NCBI RefSeq assembly: GCF_009834535.1
Contig: NC_045696.1
Coordinates: 73,658,001-73,722,000 of the forward strand
DNA: 64,000 bases
Direction of reading: 5' to 3'
Source of the DNA: Camelus ferus
Taxonomy: Eukaryota
The position numbers and the translations under genes were made by a program. Below the pieces are notes generated by a model. It ran no database searches, was not told the DNA's origin, and was given only the letters and a program-made list of their open reading frames with translations. Of this stretch, positions 12,601 through 26,296 are shown piece by piece; positions within the stretch are counted from its first letter, which is position 1, and each line of letters starts with the position of its first letter.

Positions 12601-14336
12601 TTGGCTATTGTAAGTAATGCTGCAATAAACTAGGAAGTTTGATAACTATTCAAGATCTTGATTTCATTTCCGTGGGTGTATACCCAGAAGTGGGATATGA
12701 TAGTTCAATTTTTAATTTTTTGAGGAACTTTCATACTGTTTTCTATAATGCTTGAACCAATTTGCATCCCTAGTAACATTGTACAGGGGTTCCCTTTTCT
12801 CCACATCCTCACCAACATTTGTTATCACTTTTCTTTTTGATAATAGACATCCTAACAGGTGTGAAGTGATTTCTCACTGTGATTTTGATTTGTGTTTCTC
12901 TGATGATTAGTGAAGTTGAATACTTTTTCATATACCTGTTGGCTATTTGTATTCCTTCTTTGGAAAAATGTCTTTTCAGGTCTTTTGCACATTTTAAATT
13001 GGATTTGTTTCTTGTGGGGGTTTTGTTTGTTTTTCCTATTGAGTTGTATAAGTTCTTCATATATTCTAGATAGTAACCCCTTATTAGATATACAGATTGC
13101 AATATTTTCTCCCACAGGTTATCTTTCCATTGTTGATTGTTTCCTTTCCTGTGCAGAAGCTTTTTAGTTTCAGGTAGTCCCCTTTGATGATTTGTGCTTT
13201 CGATGCCTATGCTTTTGGTGTCATATCCAAAAAAAAATCATTGCTAAGACCAATGTCAATAAGTTTTTCCTTATGTTTTCTTCTAGGCATTTTATGGTTT
13301 CAGGTCTTATATTGAAATTTTTATCCATTTCAAGTCAATTTTTGTGAATAGTGTATGACAGGGGTCAAATTTCATTCCAATTTTCCAACATCATTCATTG
13401 AAGAGACTCTCCTATTTCTCATTGTGTGTTCTCGGCACCCTTGTCAAATATTAGTTGACTGTATATGTGTAGGTTTATTTCTGGACTATTTTGTTCCAGT
13501 GATATATGTATTTTTATACCAATCCCATACTTTGTAACAGAACTTAAATCAGCTTGTTCTTGTTTCTCAAGATTGTCTTGGCTATCTGGGGTCTTCTGTG
13601 GTTCCGTATGAATTTTAAGATTGTTTTTTCTACTTCTGTGAAAAAATAACATTGGAATTTTGATAGGGATTGCACTGAATCTTTAGATTGCTTTGGGTAG
13701 TATGGACATTTTGATAATATTAATTCTCCTGATCTATGAACACAAGATAACTTTTCATTTATTTGTGTCTTCTTCAATTTCTTTTATTAATGTCTAATAG
13801 TTTTTAGTGTACAGATCTTTCGCCTCCTTGGTTAAATTTTCTTTTCTTAAAGGGTCTTTGTCTGTCTTTCCTTGTACACTGATCTCATAATGAGTTTGGG
13901 AGTATTCCCTCCTCTTCAATTTTTTGTAAGAGTTTGATAAGGATTGTCATTAATTCTTCTATAAATGCTTAGTAGAATTCACCAGTGAAGCCATCTGGTC
14001 CTGGGCATTTCTTTGTAGGGAGATTTTTTTTTATTACTGATTCAATCTCCTTCCTAGTTATTGGTCTATTCAGATATTTTATTTCTTCATGATTCAGACT
14101 TGGTACATTGTATGTTTCTAGGTATCCATTTCTTCTAGGTTATCAAAGTTGTGGGCATATATTTGTACAAAGCAGTCTCTTATGATCTTTTGAATTTCTG
14201 TAATGTCACTTGCAATATCTCCTCTTTCATTTCTGATTTTATTTGAGTCTTCTCTGGTTTTTTTAATTGTTAGCCTAGCTAAATTTTGTCAATTTTGTTT
14301 AGATTTTAAAAAAATAGTTCTTAATTTTGTTGATCT

Positions 14337-14388
14337 TTTCTACTGTTATTCTAGTCTCTATTTCTACTGTTATTCTAGTCTCTATTTC
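14337..14388. repeat. Perfect 24-bp tandem duplication
   Basis: TTTCTACTGTTATTCTAGTCTCTA x2 (14337-14360, 14361-14384) followed by TTTC. Confidence 0.95.
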
Positions 14389-15876
14389 ATTTATTTCTGT
14401 TCTGATCTTATTTTCTTCCTTCTATTAACTTTGAGCTCAGTTCATTCTTCTTTTTCTAGCTCCTCGAGGTGCAAAACAAGGTTGTTTACTTGAGATCTTT
14501 CACGTTTCTTAATGTGTTTACCACTAAAAACTTCCCTCTTGGAACTGCTTTTGCTGCATCCTATAACTTTTGGTATAATATATTTCCATTTTCATTTATT
14601 TCAAGATATTTTAAATTTTCTTTTTGACTTCTTCTTTGATTCATTAACTGTTGAGGAGTGTGTTCCTTAATCTTCACATATTTGTGAATTTTACAATTTC
14701 CTCTTGTTATTGATTTCTAGTTTCATATCTTTATAGTTGGAAAAGATACTTGATATGATTCCAATCTTCTTAAATTTGTTGAGACTTGTGATCCAAAATG
14801 TGATCTATCCTGGAGAATGTTCTGTGCGCATTTGGGAAAAATGTGTATTTGCACATTTTTCTATTGTTGGATGGACTGCTCTGTAGAGGTCTGTTAAGTC
14901 TATTTTATCTAAAATACACTGTAATTCAAGTCCAATGTTTCCTTACTGATTTTCTATCTGGATGATGTATCCATTATTGAAAGTATGTTACTGAAGTCCC
15001 CTACCATTATTGCATTGCTGCCTATTTCTGCCTTCAGATCTGGTAATACTTACATAATATATTTAGGTGCTCTGATGTTGGCTGTATATATATATATTTA
15101 AACTGTTAAATCCTATTGATGAATTGAAGCCTTTATCATTATATAATGACCTTCTTTGTCTCTTGTTACAGATTTTTACTTAATGTCTGTTTTGTCTGAT
15201 ATGCTTATGGCTACCCTTATTCTCTTTGGGGTTACATTTGTATGGACTATCTTCTTCTATTCCCTCACTTTCTACCTATGTATATATACTTAAAACTGAA
15301 GTGAGGCTCTTGTGGGCAGCATATACACATATCTTGATTTTTGTCCATTCAGCCACCCTATGTCTTTTCAATGAAGAATTTAATCTGTTCACATTTAAAG
15401 TAATTATTGATAGGTATGGACTTACTATAAGCATCTTTTTCATTTTTTCCGGCTGTTTTGTAGTTCCTTCATTCCTGTCTTCCTCTGTTGATGTCTTCCT
15501 CTGTAATTTGATGATTTTTCATAATGATATTCTTTGATTCCTTTCTCTTTCTGTTTTGTGTATCTACTCTATTCTTTTGCTTTGTGGTTACCATGAGACT
15601 TAACAAAAAAAATCTTATAACAGTCTATTTTAAGCTGATAAGAACCTAATTTCAGTCACATCAAAAACTATACCCTTTTAGCTCCCCCCATTTTATGTTT
15701 TTGATTTCATACTTTACATCTTTTAAAGTTATGTACCCATTAAAATTATAGTAGCTATAGTTATTTTTCATACTTTTGTCTTTTGACCTTTATACTAAAG
15801 TGATTTATACACTATGATTATGATATTAAAATATTGTGAATTTGACAGTCTACTTACCTTTATCAATGTGTTTTAT

Positions 15877-15967
15877 TATTTTTTTAATGGAGGTACTGGG
15901 AATTGAATCCAGGACTTTGGCCATGCTAAGTATGCTCTCTACCCCTGAGCTATTAACCTCCCCCCTC
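15877..15967 (-). mobile_element. tRNA-derived SINE (camelid vic-1 type)
   Basis: Reverse complement reads GGGGGAGG..ATAGCTCAGGGGTAGAG...CCTGGATTCAATTCCCAGTACCTCCATTAAAAA. 15-bp TSD ATCAATGTGTTTTAT at 15862-15876 and 15968-15982. Confidence 0.9.
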
Positions 15968-17307
15968 ATCAATGTGTTTTATACTTTCATATATTGTCAT
16001 GTTAATTAGTGTCTTTTCATTTCAACTTGAAGAACTCCTTTTAGCATTTCTTCTAAGTCAAAACAGTCTGCTGATTCAGGAAGTGTGAGGTGGGACCAGG
16101 GAACCTGCATGTTTTCTCCCCAGGTGCTGATCAGCCATTTACAGGAAACCCAATGGTGTACAATGGTGAAACTCTCAGAGTCTTCTGTGCAATGTACAAC
16201 TTTATTTCTTCTACATGTTAGGCTTGGACAGTTTGCTTTGAGTTCTTGTTCTTGAATTTAATAGGTTTTTTTGTTTTATTTCTTTATAACAAGTTTATCA
16301 GTTGTCACTCATCAGTCTTATCAATACATTTGCCTGCAGAGGTGTCACTCCTCATTTCTAAGTCATTGATTTTATAATCTATGAATTTACAGTAAGATAA
16401 ATGAAACTACTGCGATTGTGTATAAATTAAAAATAAATTGAACAGCTTTAGCTACCAAAGTTACCCAAAAAACTACTTCAAAATAAACAAAAAGAATTCT
16501 GAAGAGGCGTGGACATCGAAACAGCAAATACAATTGAGTGAGGAAGTGAGAGTGGGACTAAACTCAAAGAGATTCATAGGATTCATTGAAAGTCTAAACC
16601 TCATGACCAGTGCCACCATTCCATAACCAAAATCATTCTCAAGAAACTAAATGACCATTTGGGGAAAACCAGGGCTACTAGTGTGGATGATAGCATCCCA
16701 TAGTGATATCTTCTCAATCCTGGTATTTGGAGAACTCCAACACAATATTTGGTCCCCTCACACTGAGCTTCCAGTCAGCCTTCATTTTTCTTTGTTTTCA
16801 ACCATGAATAGGCAGGCAAAAATTATCAGATATTTGAGAAAAAGCTACAGCTTGAAAGAGAAAAATCATGGAAAGTACAGACAGAAATCGTCCCTGTAGG
16901 AAAGAGAGAATTCAGAGAGCCAAAGAAAAATTTTAAAGTAAGCTTTCATTAAAGTATGTTTTGCTGAGCCAAATATTTCAAACGTCTTTTGAATATACTG
17001 GGATTTTGACACTTTGGAGCAGCATATGCTGATAAGATTTGGAGTGGATAAAAGCTATGCTATTCTCGCATTCTCATAAAACAATCATAGCCTACAAACC
17101 CTTAGGAAAGTTGTCATATATCCTTAGAGATACATGCAGCCTAAAGACTGCTGTTATAGTCAACTCTAAACTAAGATATTAAAAACATCCAAATTTTATG
17201 CTTTATTTCTTTTAAAAGGAAAATTAACAAAAGTTACTCAAAAAGAAGTAAACAAATTGAATAGAATAAATTGAAGTGGCAATCAAGGATCTACATCTCC
17301 ACTTTTC

Positions 17308-17345
17308 TTTTCTTTTTTATTTTTTGGTACCCCAGGTGAGACACG
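17308..17345 (-). pseudogene. Retroposed tRNA-Arg(CCT) 3' fragment with CCA and A-tail
   Basis: Minus strand CGTGTCTCACCTGGGGTACCA plus 17-nt A-rich tail. Direct repeats CATCTCC(A/G)CTTTTC at 17294-17307 and 17346-17359. Confidence 0.75.
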
Positions 17346-18577
17346 CATCTCCGCTTTTCACAAAAAGAAAGAAGGAAGGAAGGAAGGGAATTTTAAAAAC
17401 AAAAGGAAAAAGGGGGGAAAAGCCAAGCCCAGACAGATTTATTTGTTAATTCTATTAACTCTTCAAGTAAGAGTTAATTACCAAGTTATTTAAATTTTAC
17501 AAAATGCATAAGAAGATTTAAAAACTTCCCGATACAAAACAATATATTATCAAATTTGAATTCAAAAGTTGATTTAAAATATAGTATGTCATGATTAAGT
17601 AAATATTACCCAGAGATGTTCCAAAATTAGGAACACTATTCTTACAATTCTCTAGATTAACTAATTAAAAGAGTTAAATTCTGTTTTTAAAATAATAGAA
17701 TTTTTATAGCTTATACAGAATCACTATTTTTAACAATATCTTTGTTTCTCAGGGGGTCCATCTCACCTGTAGGCTAATGATTGCCAAATTTGAATTTTCC
17801 ATTCTAAATTCTAACCATACCACAATTGCAGTTGCCTACTGAGCTCTCACTAGGTATCTCATTGTCACAGCACCAAATTACTGAAATGGCACTTCATTCC
17901 CACAGAGTTCCCAGCATCAAAACCTCTTGAACACTTTCTGTGTCTCACTTGTCACTGGGAATTAAAACAGCTTTGCCAGTACCCTCATTTCAACAAGGCC
18001 ATCATTCAAGTAACTCCTTTAGCTTCTGCCTGAAGTTCCTCTCCCTTAAGGGCTCAGACACAAATGCAGAATACCAAGCTCTCTTCACATCTAGCCACAA
18101 CTCTATGCAGTTAATCCCTGCGACAGTTCATCCCAAAAGGTCTGCGTATAAATCTGTTTAGGCTTGCAGTCAGTAAGATCACAACCAAACTAGCTTGTTC
18201 TTGTTTTCTCCTCTGTCTCTCTCTGAATCTGTTTCTCCCCCTGCCACCCCCCTTTTCTCTTCTCTCACTCTTCTCCCTCCCTATCAATTACATTCAAAAT
18301 GCCACATAAGCTTGTCCAGTCCATTTATAATATATATTATAAGAGTTCCCAAGGAAAATTATATCCATGAGGCCAGAGATCTCTCACTACCATGCAACTA
18401 ATATTCCTCCTCACTGGACGTAAGTGGGATGATAATTATTTGTGCTTTTAGTTAAGGTAGGCAAGGTTTTCTATGTCTATTCCCAGAAGATGAGTGATTT
18501 TTTGTAACAAAGGAAAAGAACATGTAATTTCTGCATGTTCTTTGTTAAAAGATTTTGTTTGTAATCAGATCTTGCTA

Positions 18578-20135
18578 TTTTTGTTTTTTGTTTTATATTT
18601 GTCCTTATCAAAGAAATACTAGTTTATAACATTATATAAGTTTCATATGTACAACATATTTCTACTTCTGTACACCCTACAGTATGTTCACCACCAAAAA
18701 TTTAGTTTCCATTCATCACCATATAGTTGATTCCCTTTAGCCATTTCACCTTCCCCATCCCACCCCATTCCCTCAGGAAACCACTGCTCTCTTTTCAGCA
18801 TCTACATGTTTGTTTTTGTTCAGTTTATTCATTTATTTTTTGTTTGTTTGTTTTTATATTCTACATATAAGCAAAATCATGGTATTTTTCTTGGTCTGAT
18901 TTATTTCACTTAGCATAATACCTTCAAAATCCATTCATGTTGTTGCAAATGGCAAGATTTTATCTCTTTATGGCTGAGTAATATTCCACTTTGTGTATGT
19001 GGATATATATATACACGTGTATGTATATACCACATCTTCTTTATCCATTCATCATTCATCTGTTGATGGACACTTAGACTGTGTCTATACCTTGGCTATT
19101 GTAAATAATACTGCTATAAACATAGGGATGCATATATATTTTCAAGTTAGTGTTTTGTATTCTTTAGATAAATACCCAGAAGTGGGATGGCTGGATCATA
19201 TCGTAGTTCTAGTCTTAACTTTTTGAGGAATCTCCGTATTGTTTTCCATAGTGGCTGTACCAATTTATATTCTCACCAACAGTGTATAAAGGTTCTCTTT
19301 TCTCCACATCCTTACCAACAGTTGTTATAGCTTGTCTTTTTGACAATAACTATCCAAGGAGGTATCAGGTGATATTTAATTGTTTTGATTTGCATTTTCC
19401 TAACAATTAGTGATGTTGAACATCTTTTCATGTGCTTGTTGGCCATCTGTATGTCTTCTTTAGAAAACTGTCTGTTCAGTAACTCTGCCCATTTTTTAAG
19501 TCACATTGTTTGTTTTTTGTTCAGTTGTATGAGTTCTTTATATATTTTGGATATTAACGTCTTATCGGATATATGGTTCGCAAATATCTTCTTCCATATG
19601 GTAGGTTGCCTTTTTGTTTTGTTGATGGTTTCCTTTACTGTGCAGAAGCTTTTTAGTTTGGTGCAGTCCCATTTGTTTATTTTTGCTCTTGTTTCCCTTG
19701 CCTGAAGAGACATATTTAGGTATATGTTGCTAAGGCCAATGTCATATAGTACATTGCCTATGTTTTCTTCTAGGAGTTATATGGTTTGAGGTCTTACATT
19801 CACATCTTTAATCCATTTGAGTTGATATTTCTGTATGATGCAAGACAGTGTTCTAGTTTCTTTCTTTCTTTCTTGTTTTGCATGTGGCTGTCCAGTGTTC
19901 CCAATACTGCTTATTGAAGAGACTGTCCTTTCTCCATTGTATGTTCTTTGCTCTTTTGTCATATATTAATTGTCCATATATGTGTGGCTTTATTTCTGGG
20001 CTCTCAATTCTGTTTCATTGATTTATGTATCTGTTTTTCTGCCAGTACCATGCTGTTTGTATTAATATGGCTTTGTAGTATAGTTTGACATCAGGGCATG
20101 TGATTCCTCCGGCTTTGTTCATTTTTCTCAAATCT
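18578..20135 (-). mobile_element. 5'-truncated L1 (ORF2 3' end and 3'UTR)
   Basis: Minus-strand [23 protein letters not shown]...WKKIFANH. T-rich tail at 18578-18600. Confidence 0.88.
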
Positions 20136-23100
20136 TTTTTTATATTGCTATAGAGAACAGGGAGACTTTGAATTTCAGTCATGATTAAGTAATTCAGATC
20201 ATCCTACCAACAAAGGAAAACAGGAAAGGACGGATAATATATAAAACATTGACCTGAATGGGTTAGAGAACTAACAAGATGAAAGAATAAGTTGTCTGAG
20301 ATATTGGAGAAGTCAGAAATCTAAGATGTTAGCCAAACATTAGCTTCTTTTGCCCTGACAGCATTTGCCAATTTGGGGCGAGGCAACTGAGATACTAAAA
20401 AGAACATTTTTTATAGGCTAATGCAGCAAAAATGACAAAATAGAGTCCAGACCTCCCAATGATAAGGGCTGTGGTAAACCCTCCACCTTTACACTAGTAC
20501 ACCCAAAGAGCTGTACCCTGTGAGTTACGAGAACCAGAATGAAATCTCTCAGCTTCAACTAATTTGAGTGGTCCAGAAAATATCAGTCTCTGAAGCTGGA
20601 TTCATGTGATTCCAAAGTTCAGTGCTTGCAGACACTTGAAAGAAGAGAAAAAAATCTACTCTGGAAGAAGGTAACATCCTTCAAGTTCTCAAACAACTTC
20701 TACAAATAGTTTTTTAAATAAAATGTCCATAGAAAATCAAGTAGAAGAAGATATAACAGAAGGCAAGACAATATGAACAAGAATAAGTGTAAACAACAAA
20801 CAAGAGAAACAGAGCCATTAAAGCTCCAAATATTTAACTGCTCAGATATTAACATAAAAATAGTTCATATCCACGTTTTTCACTGAAAAGACTGAAAATT
20901 TTGTCAGTGAGCTACAAACTATATACAGTGACTAGAAAATGTATAAACAGCCAAATAGAAATTCTAGAATTGAAAAAGAACCAAAATTAAGAACTCAATC
21001 GATGTGTTTAATAGCACATAAAATTCAGCTAAAAAAAGAGACTCTGTAAACTGAAAGACAGGTCAAGAAAAAAAAACTTTAAAAGTAAAGCACAAATTAA
21101 CTCTGGGACAAGATGAAATGCATTGATATTCACATTATAGGGATCCAGAAAGAGAAGAGAGAGAGAAAAGAGAGGGAAAGGACCTAAGAAAATTTTTGAA
21201 GAGATAATAACCAAAAACTTTCCTAACTCACAAAAGGAAACAGTCATCCAAATCCAAGAAGCACAGAGAGTTCCAATGAGGAACACACCCAGGCACACAG
21301 TAATCAAATTGACAAAAATTAAGGATAAGGAGATAATATTAAAATCAGCAAGAGAAAGGCAACACATAACATACAAGGGAACTCCCATAAGGTTATCAGC
21401 TGATTTTTCAGCAGAAACTCTGCTGAAGGGAGTAGCACGATATATTTAAAGTGATAAAAGGGAAAATCATGCAACCAAGAATATCCTATCCAGCAAGGTT
21501 CTCATTCAGATTTGATGGAGAAATCCAAAGCTTTACAGATAAACAAAAGATAAAAGAATTCAGCACCACCAAACCAGCTTTACAACAAATCTTAAAGTAA
21601 CTTCTCTAGTCATCAAATCACAAGAAAAGAGAACAAAGAAGAAGAAAGAGAAAAAAAAAAAAAGACCCGCAAAAGCAAACCCAAAACAATTAACAAAATG
21701 GCAATAAGAACACATGTATCAATACTTACCTTAAATATAAATAGATTAAATGTTCCAACCAAAACATATAGACTGGCTGAATGGATATAAAAACAAGTCC
21801 CATATATATGCTGTCTACAAGAGACCCACTTCAGAGCTAGAGATACAGGCTGAAAGTGAGGGAATGGAAAAAGATATTCCATGCAAACCAAAAGAAAGCT
21901 GAAGTAGCAATACTTATATCAGACAAAATAAATTTCAAAGTAAAGACTGTTACAAGAGACAAAGAAAGACACTACATAATGCTTAAGGGATCAATCTAAG
22001 AAGAGGACACAACAATTGTAAATATATATGCATCCAACACAGGAGTACCTCAATATATAAGGCAATTGTTAATAGACATAAAAGGAGAAATTGACAATAA
22101 CACAACAATAGTAGAGGAGCTTAATACCCCTCTTACATCAATGGATCACCCAGACAGAAAATCAGTAAGGAAATACAGGTCCTAAATAACACATTAGACC
22201 ATATGGACTCAACTGATATCTATAGAGCATTCCATCCAAAAGCAACAGAATACACACTCTTCTCGAGTGCACATGGAATATTCTCCAGAATTGACCACAT
22301 GCTGGCCCACAAAGCTAGCCTCAGCAAATTTAAGAAAACTGAAATTGTATCAAGCATCTTTTCCTACCACAATGCTATAAGGTTAGAAATCAACTACAAG
22401 AAAATAACTGCAAAAACTGCAAACATGTAGAGGCTAAACAATATACTACTAAACAACCAATGGGTCACTGACGAAAGCAAAGAGGAAATCAAAAAATACT
22501 TTGACACAAGTGAAAAGGAAAACACAATGGTCCAAAACCTCTGGGAAGCAGCAAAAGCAGTTCTCAGAGGGAAGTTTATAGCAATACAAGCCTACCTCAG
22601 GAAACAAGAAAAATCTCAACTAAACAACCTAAACTTACACTAAAGCAGCTAGAGAAAGAATAAACAAAACCCAAAGTCAGAAGAAAAGAAATCATAAAGA
22701 TTAGAGCAGAAATAAATGAAATAGAGACTAAAAAAATCAATAGAAAAGATCAATGAAAATGAAGCTGTTTCTTTGAAAAGATAAACAAAATTGATAAACC
22801 TTTCGTCAGATTTACCAAGAACAAGAGGGAGAGGGCCCAAATTAACAAAATCAAAAATGAAAAAGGAGAAGCTACAACCAACACCATAGAAGTACAAGGG
22901 ATCATAAGAGGCTACTATGAGCAACTATATGCCAACAAAAAGGACAACATAGAAGAAATGGACAATTTCTTAGAAAGGTACAATTTGCCAAGGCTGAACC
23001 GGGATAAAATAGACAGTATGAACAGACCAATTACCAGTACTGAAATTGAATCAATAACTTCAAAACTCTCAACAAACAAAAGTCCAGGACCAGATGGCTT

Positions 23101-23203
23101 CACAGGCAAATTCTACCAAACTTTTAGAGAAGAGTTAACATCTATCCTTCTAAAACTATTTCAAAAAATTGCAGAAGAAGAAATACTTCCAAACTCATTC
23201 TAG

Positions 23204-23311
<108 letters not shown>

Positions 23312-23337
23312 TGACTCCAACAATGCATTAAGAGGAG

Positions 23338-23392
23338 ATATATATATAAATATATAAATATATAAATATATATAATATATATATATATATAT
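23338..23392. repeat. (TA)n-rich microsatellite
   Basis: Imperfect TA/TAAA run. Confidence 0.9.
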
Positions 23393-23553
23393 AATGGAAT
23401 ACTACTCAGCCATAAAAAAGAATAAAATAATGCCATTTGCAGCAACATAGATGGAGCTGGAGATTATCATTCTAAGTGAAGTAAGCTAGAAAGAGAAAGA
23501 AAAATGCCATGTGATATCACTTACATGTGGAATCTAAAAAAATGGACACATAT

Positions 23554-23684
23554 AGGGGGAGGGTACAGCTCAGTGGTAGAGCACATGCCTAGCATGCATA
23601 AGGTCCTAGGTTCAATTCCCAGTACCTCCATTAAAATAAATAAATAAGCATAATTACTTCCTCCCCCCAAAAAGAAACACACAT
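23554..23684 (+). mobile_element. tRNA-derived SINE (camelid vic-1 type)
   Basis: GGGGGAGGGTACAGCTCAGTGGTAGAG (A box) ... GGTTCAATTCCC (B box), AAAT tail and C-rich end. TSD AAAAAAA(T/C)GGACACA(T/A)AT at 23536-23553 and 23685-23702. Confidence 0.92.
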
Positions 23685-24084
23685 AAAAAAACGGACACAA
23701 ATGAACTAGTTATTATTTATAACTTAGATGACTGATTTCTTGAATATGTGTGAGCACATATGATTGTCCTTTATGATTGGATTACTGCATTCTGTTGATT
23801 CTTATTTTGTGGTTGGCTTTATTCTTTTGATAACTATGTAACTTTAAAAAGCTAAAGCTCTAAACTGTTCTTAGAAACAATGAGCAGTACACATATGTAA
23901 AAATTTTTAATGTGCAGAATATTGTATATATGTATTTACATGTAGTATATTGTGTATCTTCAGTCAAATTCTAACAATTCTACCTAATAAAACTGAAAAC
24001 AAATAAATAAAATTATTACAAAATTTTTTTAAAAGAGTAAAGCACAAAAATAGAAAAGGATGGACAAAACAGAATTCAAAGTAT

Positions 24085-24602
24085 GGTGGTTTTAAAATAT
24101 ATCCAAAAATTATTTAATACTTGTCCTCTCAAAAAGTAGAACCTAGTTCCTCTCCCTTTGCGTGAGTTGGACTTACTAACTCAACTTCTAGCAAATACAA
24201 TACAGTAAAATTAACACTTTATGACTTCCAAGACTAGGTCACAGAAGGCACTGTCTCTTCCTTGCATTCTGTCTCCTTTTTCACTTAATCTGGGGAAAGT
24301 CAGATACCATATCATGAGACACTCAAGCAGCCTTTTTGAACAATCCACATAGTGAGGAAATGAGGCCTCCTTTCAACAGGCATGTGAGTGAACCATCTCA
24401 AAAAGTTCCCTTCAGCCCCCTTCAAACCTTTAGATGACTACAGCTCCATGCCAAAATCTCAACTGCAACCTCATGAGGGAACTTAGGGCAGAATGATGCT
24501 TGCTCCTTAATTCCTGATCTAGAGAAAATGTGAGATAGCTAATGTTTATTTTATGCCATAAATTTTGAGGTAATTTGTTACTCAGACAGATAACTAATTC
24601 AG
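24085..24602 (+). mobile_element. MaLR (MLT1-type) solo LTR
   Basis: Characteristic 3' end AATGTTTATTTTATGCCATAAATTTTGAGGTAATTTGTTACTCAG..AGATAACTAAT.CA. Confidence 0.75.
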
Positions 24603-25666
24603 AGTGAAAAAAAGCGGATATATAGTAAGAAGTTTTCTCATGCATCTAATTGAGGTTTCAGAAAGAGAGAAAAGAGAAAATGGGTTAAAAACAATACTTG
24701 AAGAAATATAATGGAGAATTTGTCAAAATGAAAAAAAATCCACAGGTTTACGAAGAAAAACTGTCCCCATGAAGTAGAAATTTTTAAAAATCCACATATA
24801 GGTACATTACATTAAAATTGCTGAAAAACAAAGATAAAGATAAAAAAAGCTTAAAAGCACCCAAAGAAAAATGACAAATGTGCAAAATTAGACTGAGATC
24901 TTACTTCTCACCAGAATATGAGAGCCAGACACATTGAAATGTTTTATCTGAAGTGATAAAAGGAATTAGCTATTAATCTACAGCTGTATATATAGTGAAT
25001 ATATCCTTTAATAAGTAAAACAAAATAAAGATATTTCCAAGCAAGCAAAAACTGTAGGTCCCCAACAGACCACAATAAAAGAAATACTAAAAGTGTTTCT
25101 TCAGGTGAGGGGAATCTGACCACAGACAGAGGCATGGAAATGAAGAAAAGAAAAATAAAAAGAATAAATAATAATAGAAAGATAAATATCTAGGTAAATC
25201 TTAATAAACATTGCATAAAATAAAAACAAAGTTTCTGGTATTTGAAATATATGTATAATTAAAATACATGACAACAATAACATAAAAGGCAGAAAAGGAA
25301 AAAGATTTTTAGGAAGTGGCAAAAGTATTACTTTATATTAGATTTTAGTAAGTAAAAGATTCATGCTGTACCATCAGAATAGCCACCAGAAGGATAGTAA
25401 AAGAATGTGTAACCAACAATTAATAAAGGAACGGAAATGGAATTTTAAAAACAAAATGAAACACTTAACTGATCCAAAAGAAGACAAGGAAGGAGGACAA
25501 AGAGAACACAGAATAGGAGGGTCAAGTAGAAAACAAATAAATAAAATTAATTATATTAAATATAAATTAAATAGACAAATTAAATGAACTAAGATGATCA
25601 GACTGGAATTTTTTAAATTCTCAATTATATGTTGCTTACAACAGTACAGTTTATAAAGAAACAGGG

Positions 25667-26296
25667 AGAAGAGAAAGGTGAAGGAGATTAAGAGGTACTT
25701 TGAATGCCAACTTATGAGTCAGGGTATGAAATGCACAGTGTGTAGAATTAAGTCAATAATAATGTAATATCTTGGTATGGTGACAGATATGGTTAGACTT
25801 ATTGTGGTGATCATTGTGTAATATATAGATATATTAAACCACTATGTTGTACACAAGGAACTAACATAGTGTTGCATGTCAATTATACTTCAAAAACAAA
25901 CAAATTCATAGAAAAAGACATCAGATCGAAAGGTTCCAGAGGTAGGAGTGGAAGGATGGGAACTGGATGAATGTAGTCAAACGGTACAAACTTCCAGTAA
26001 CAAGTTAAGTAAGTACTAGGGATATATTATACAACATGATAAATATAATTAGAACTGCTGTTATGATATGTATGAAAGTTGTTAAGAGAGTAAATCCTAA
26101 GAGTTCTCATCACAATGAAAAAAAATGTTTTCCCCTTTCTTTTACTTTTTATCTATATTAGATGACGGATGTTCACTAAACTTATTGTGGTAATCATTCA
26201 TGAAGCACATAAATCAAATCATCATGCTGTACACCTTAAACTTATACAATGCTTTATGTCAATTATATCTCAGTAAAACTGGAAGAAAAAAGAAAG
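25667..26296 (+). mobile_element. L1 3'UTR-only insertion (L1MA-like) with two tandem 3'-end modules
   Basis: Two modules ending TCAATTATACTTCAAAAA (~25895) and TCAATTATATCTCAGTAAAACT (~26280). Probable TSD AAGAAA(C/T)AGGG at 25656-25666 and 26297-26307. Confidence 0.75.

Larger units (their letters stand above)
12601..16060 (-). mobile_element. Degenerate L1 (spacer and ORF2), internal deletion of the RT core near 13850-13885
   Basis: Minus-strand remnants (SLIIRETQIKITVRNHFTPVRM). CCAGTGAAGCCATCTGGTCCTGG is the antisense of [10 protein letters not shown]-region antisense at 14800-15420. Confidence 0.85.

Noticed and set aside
23554..23630. tRNA gene
   Set aside because: A-rich tail, TSD and diverged sister copies show it is a SINE.
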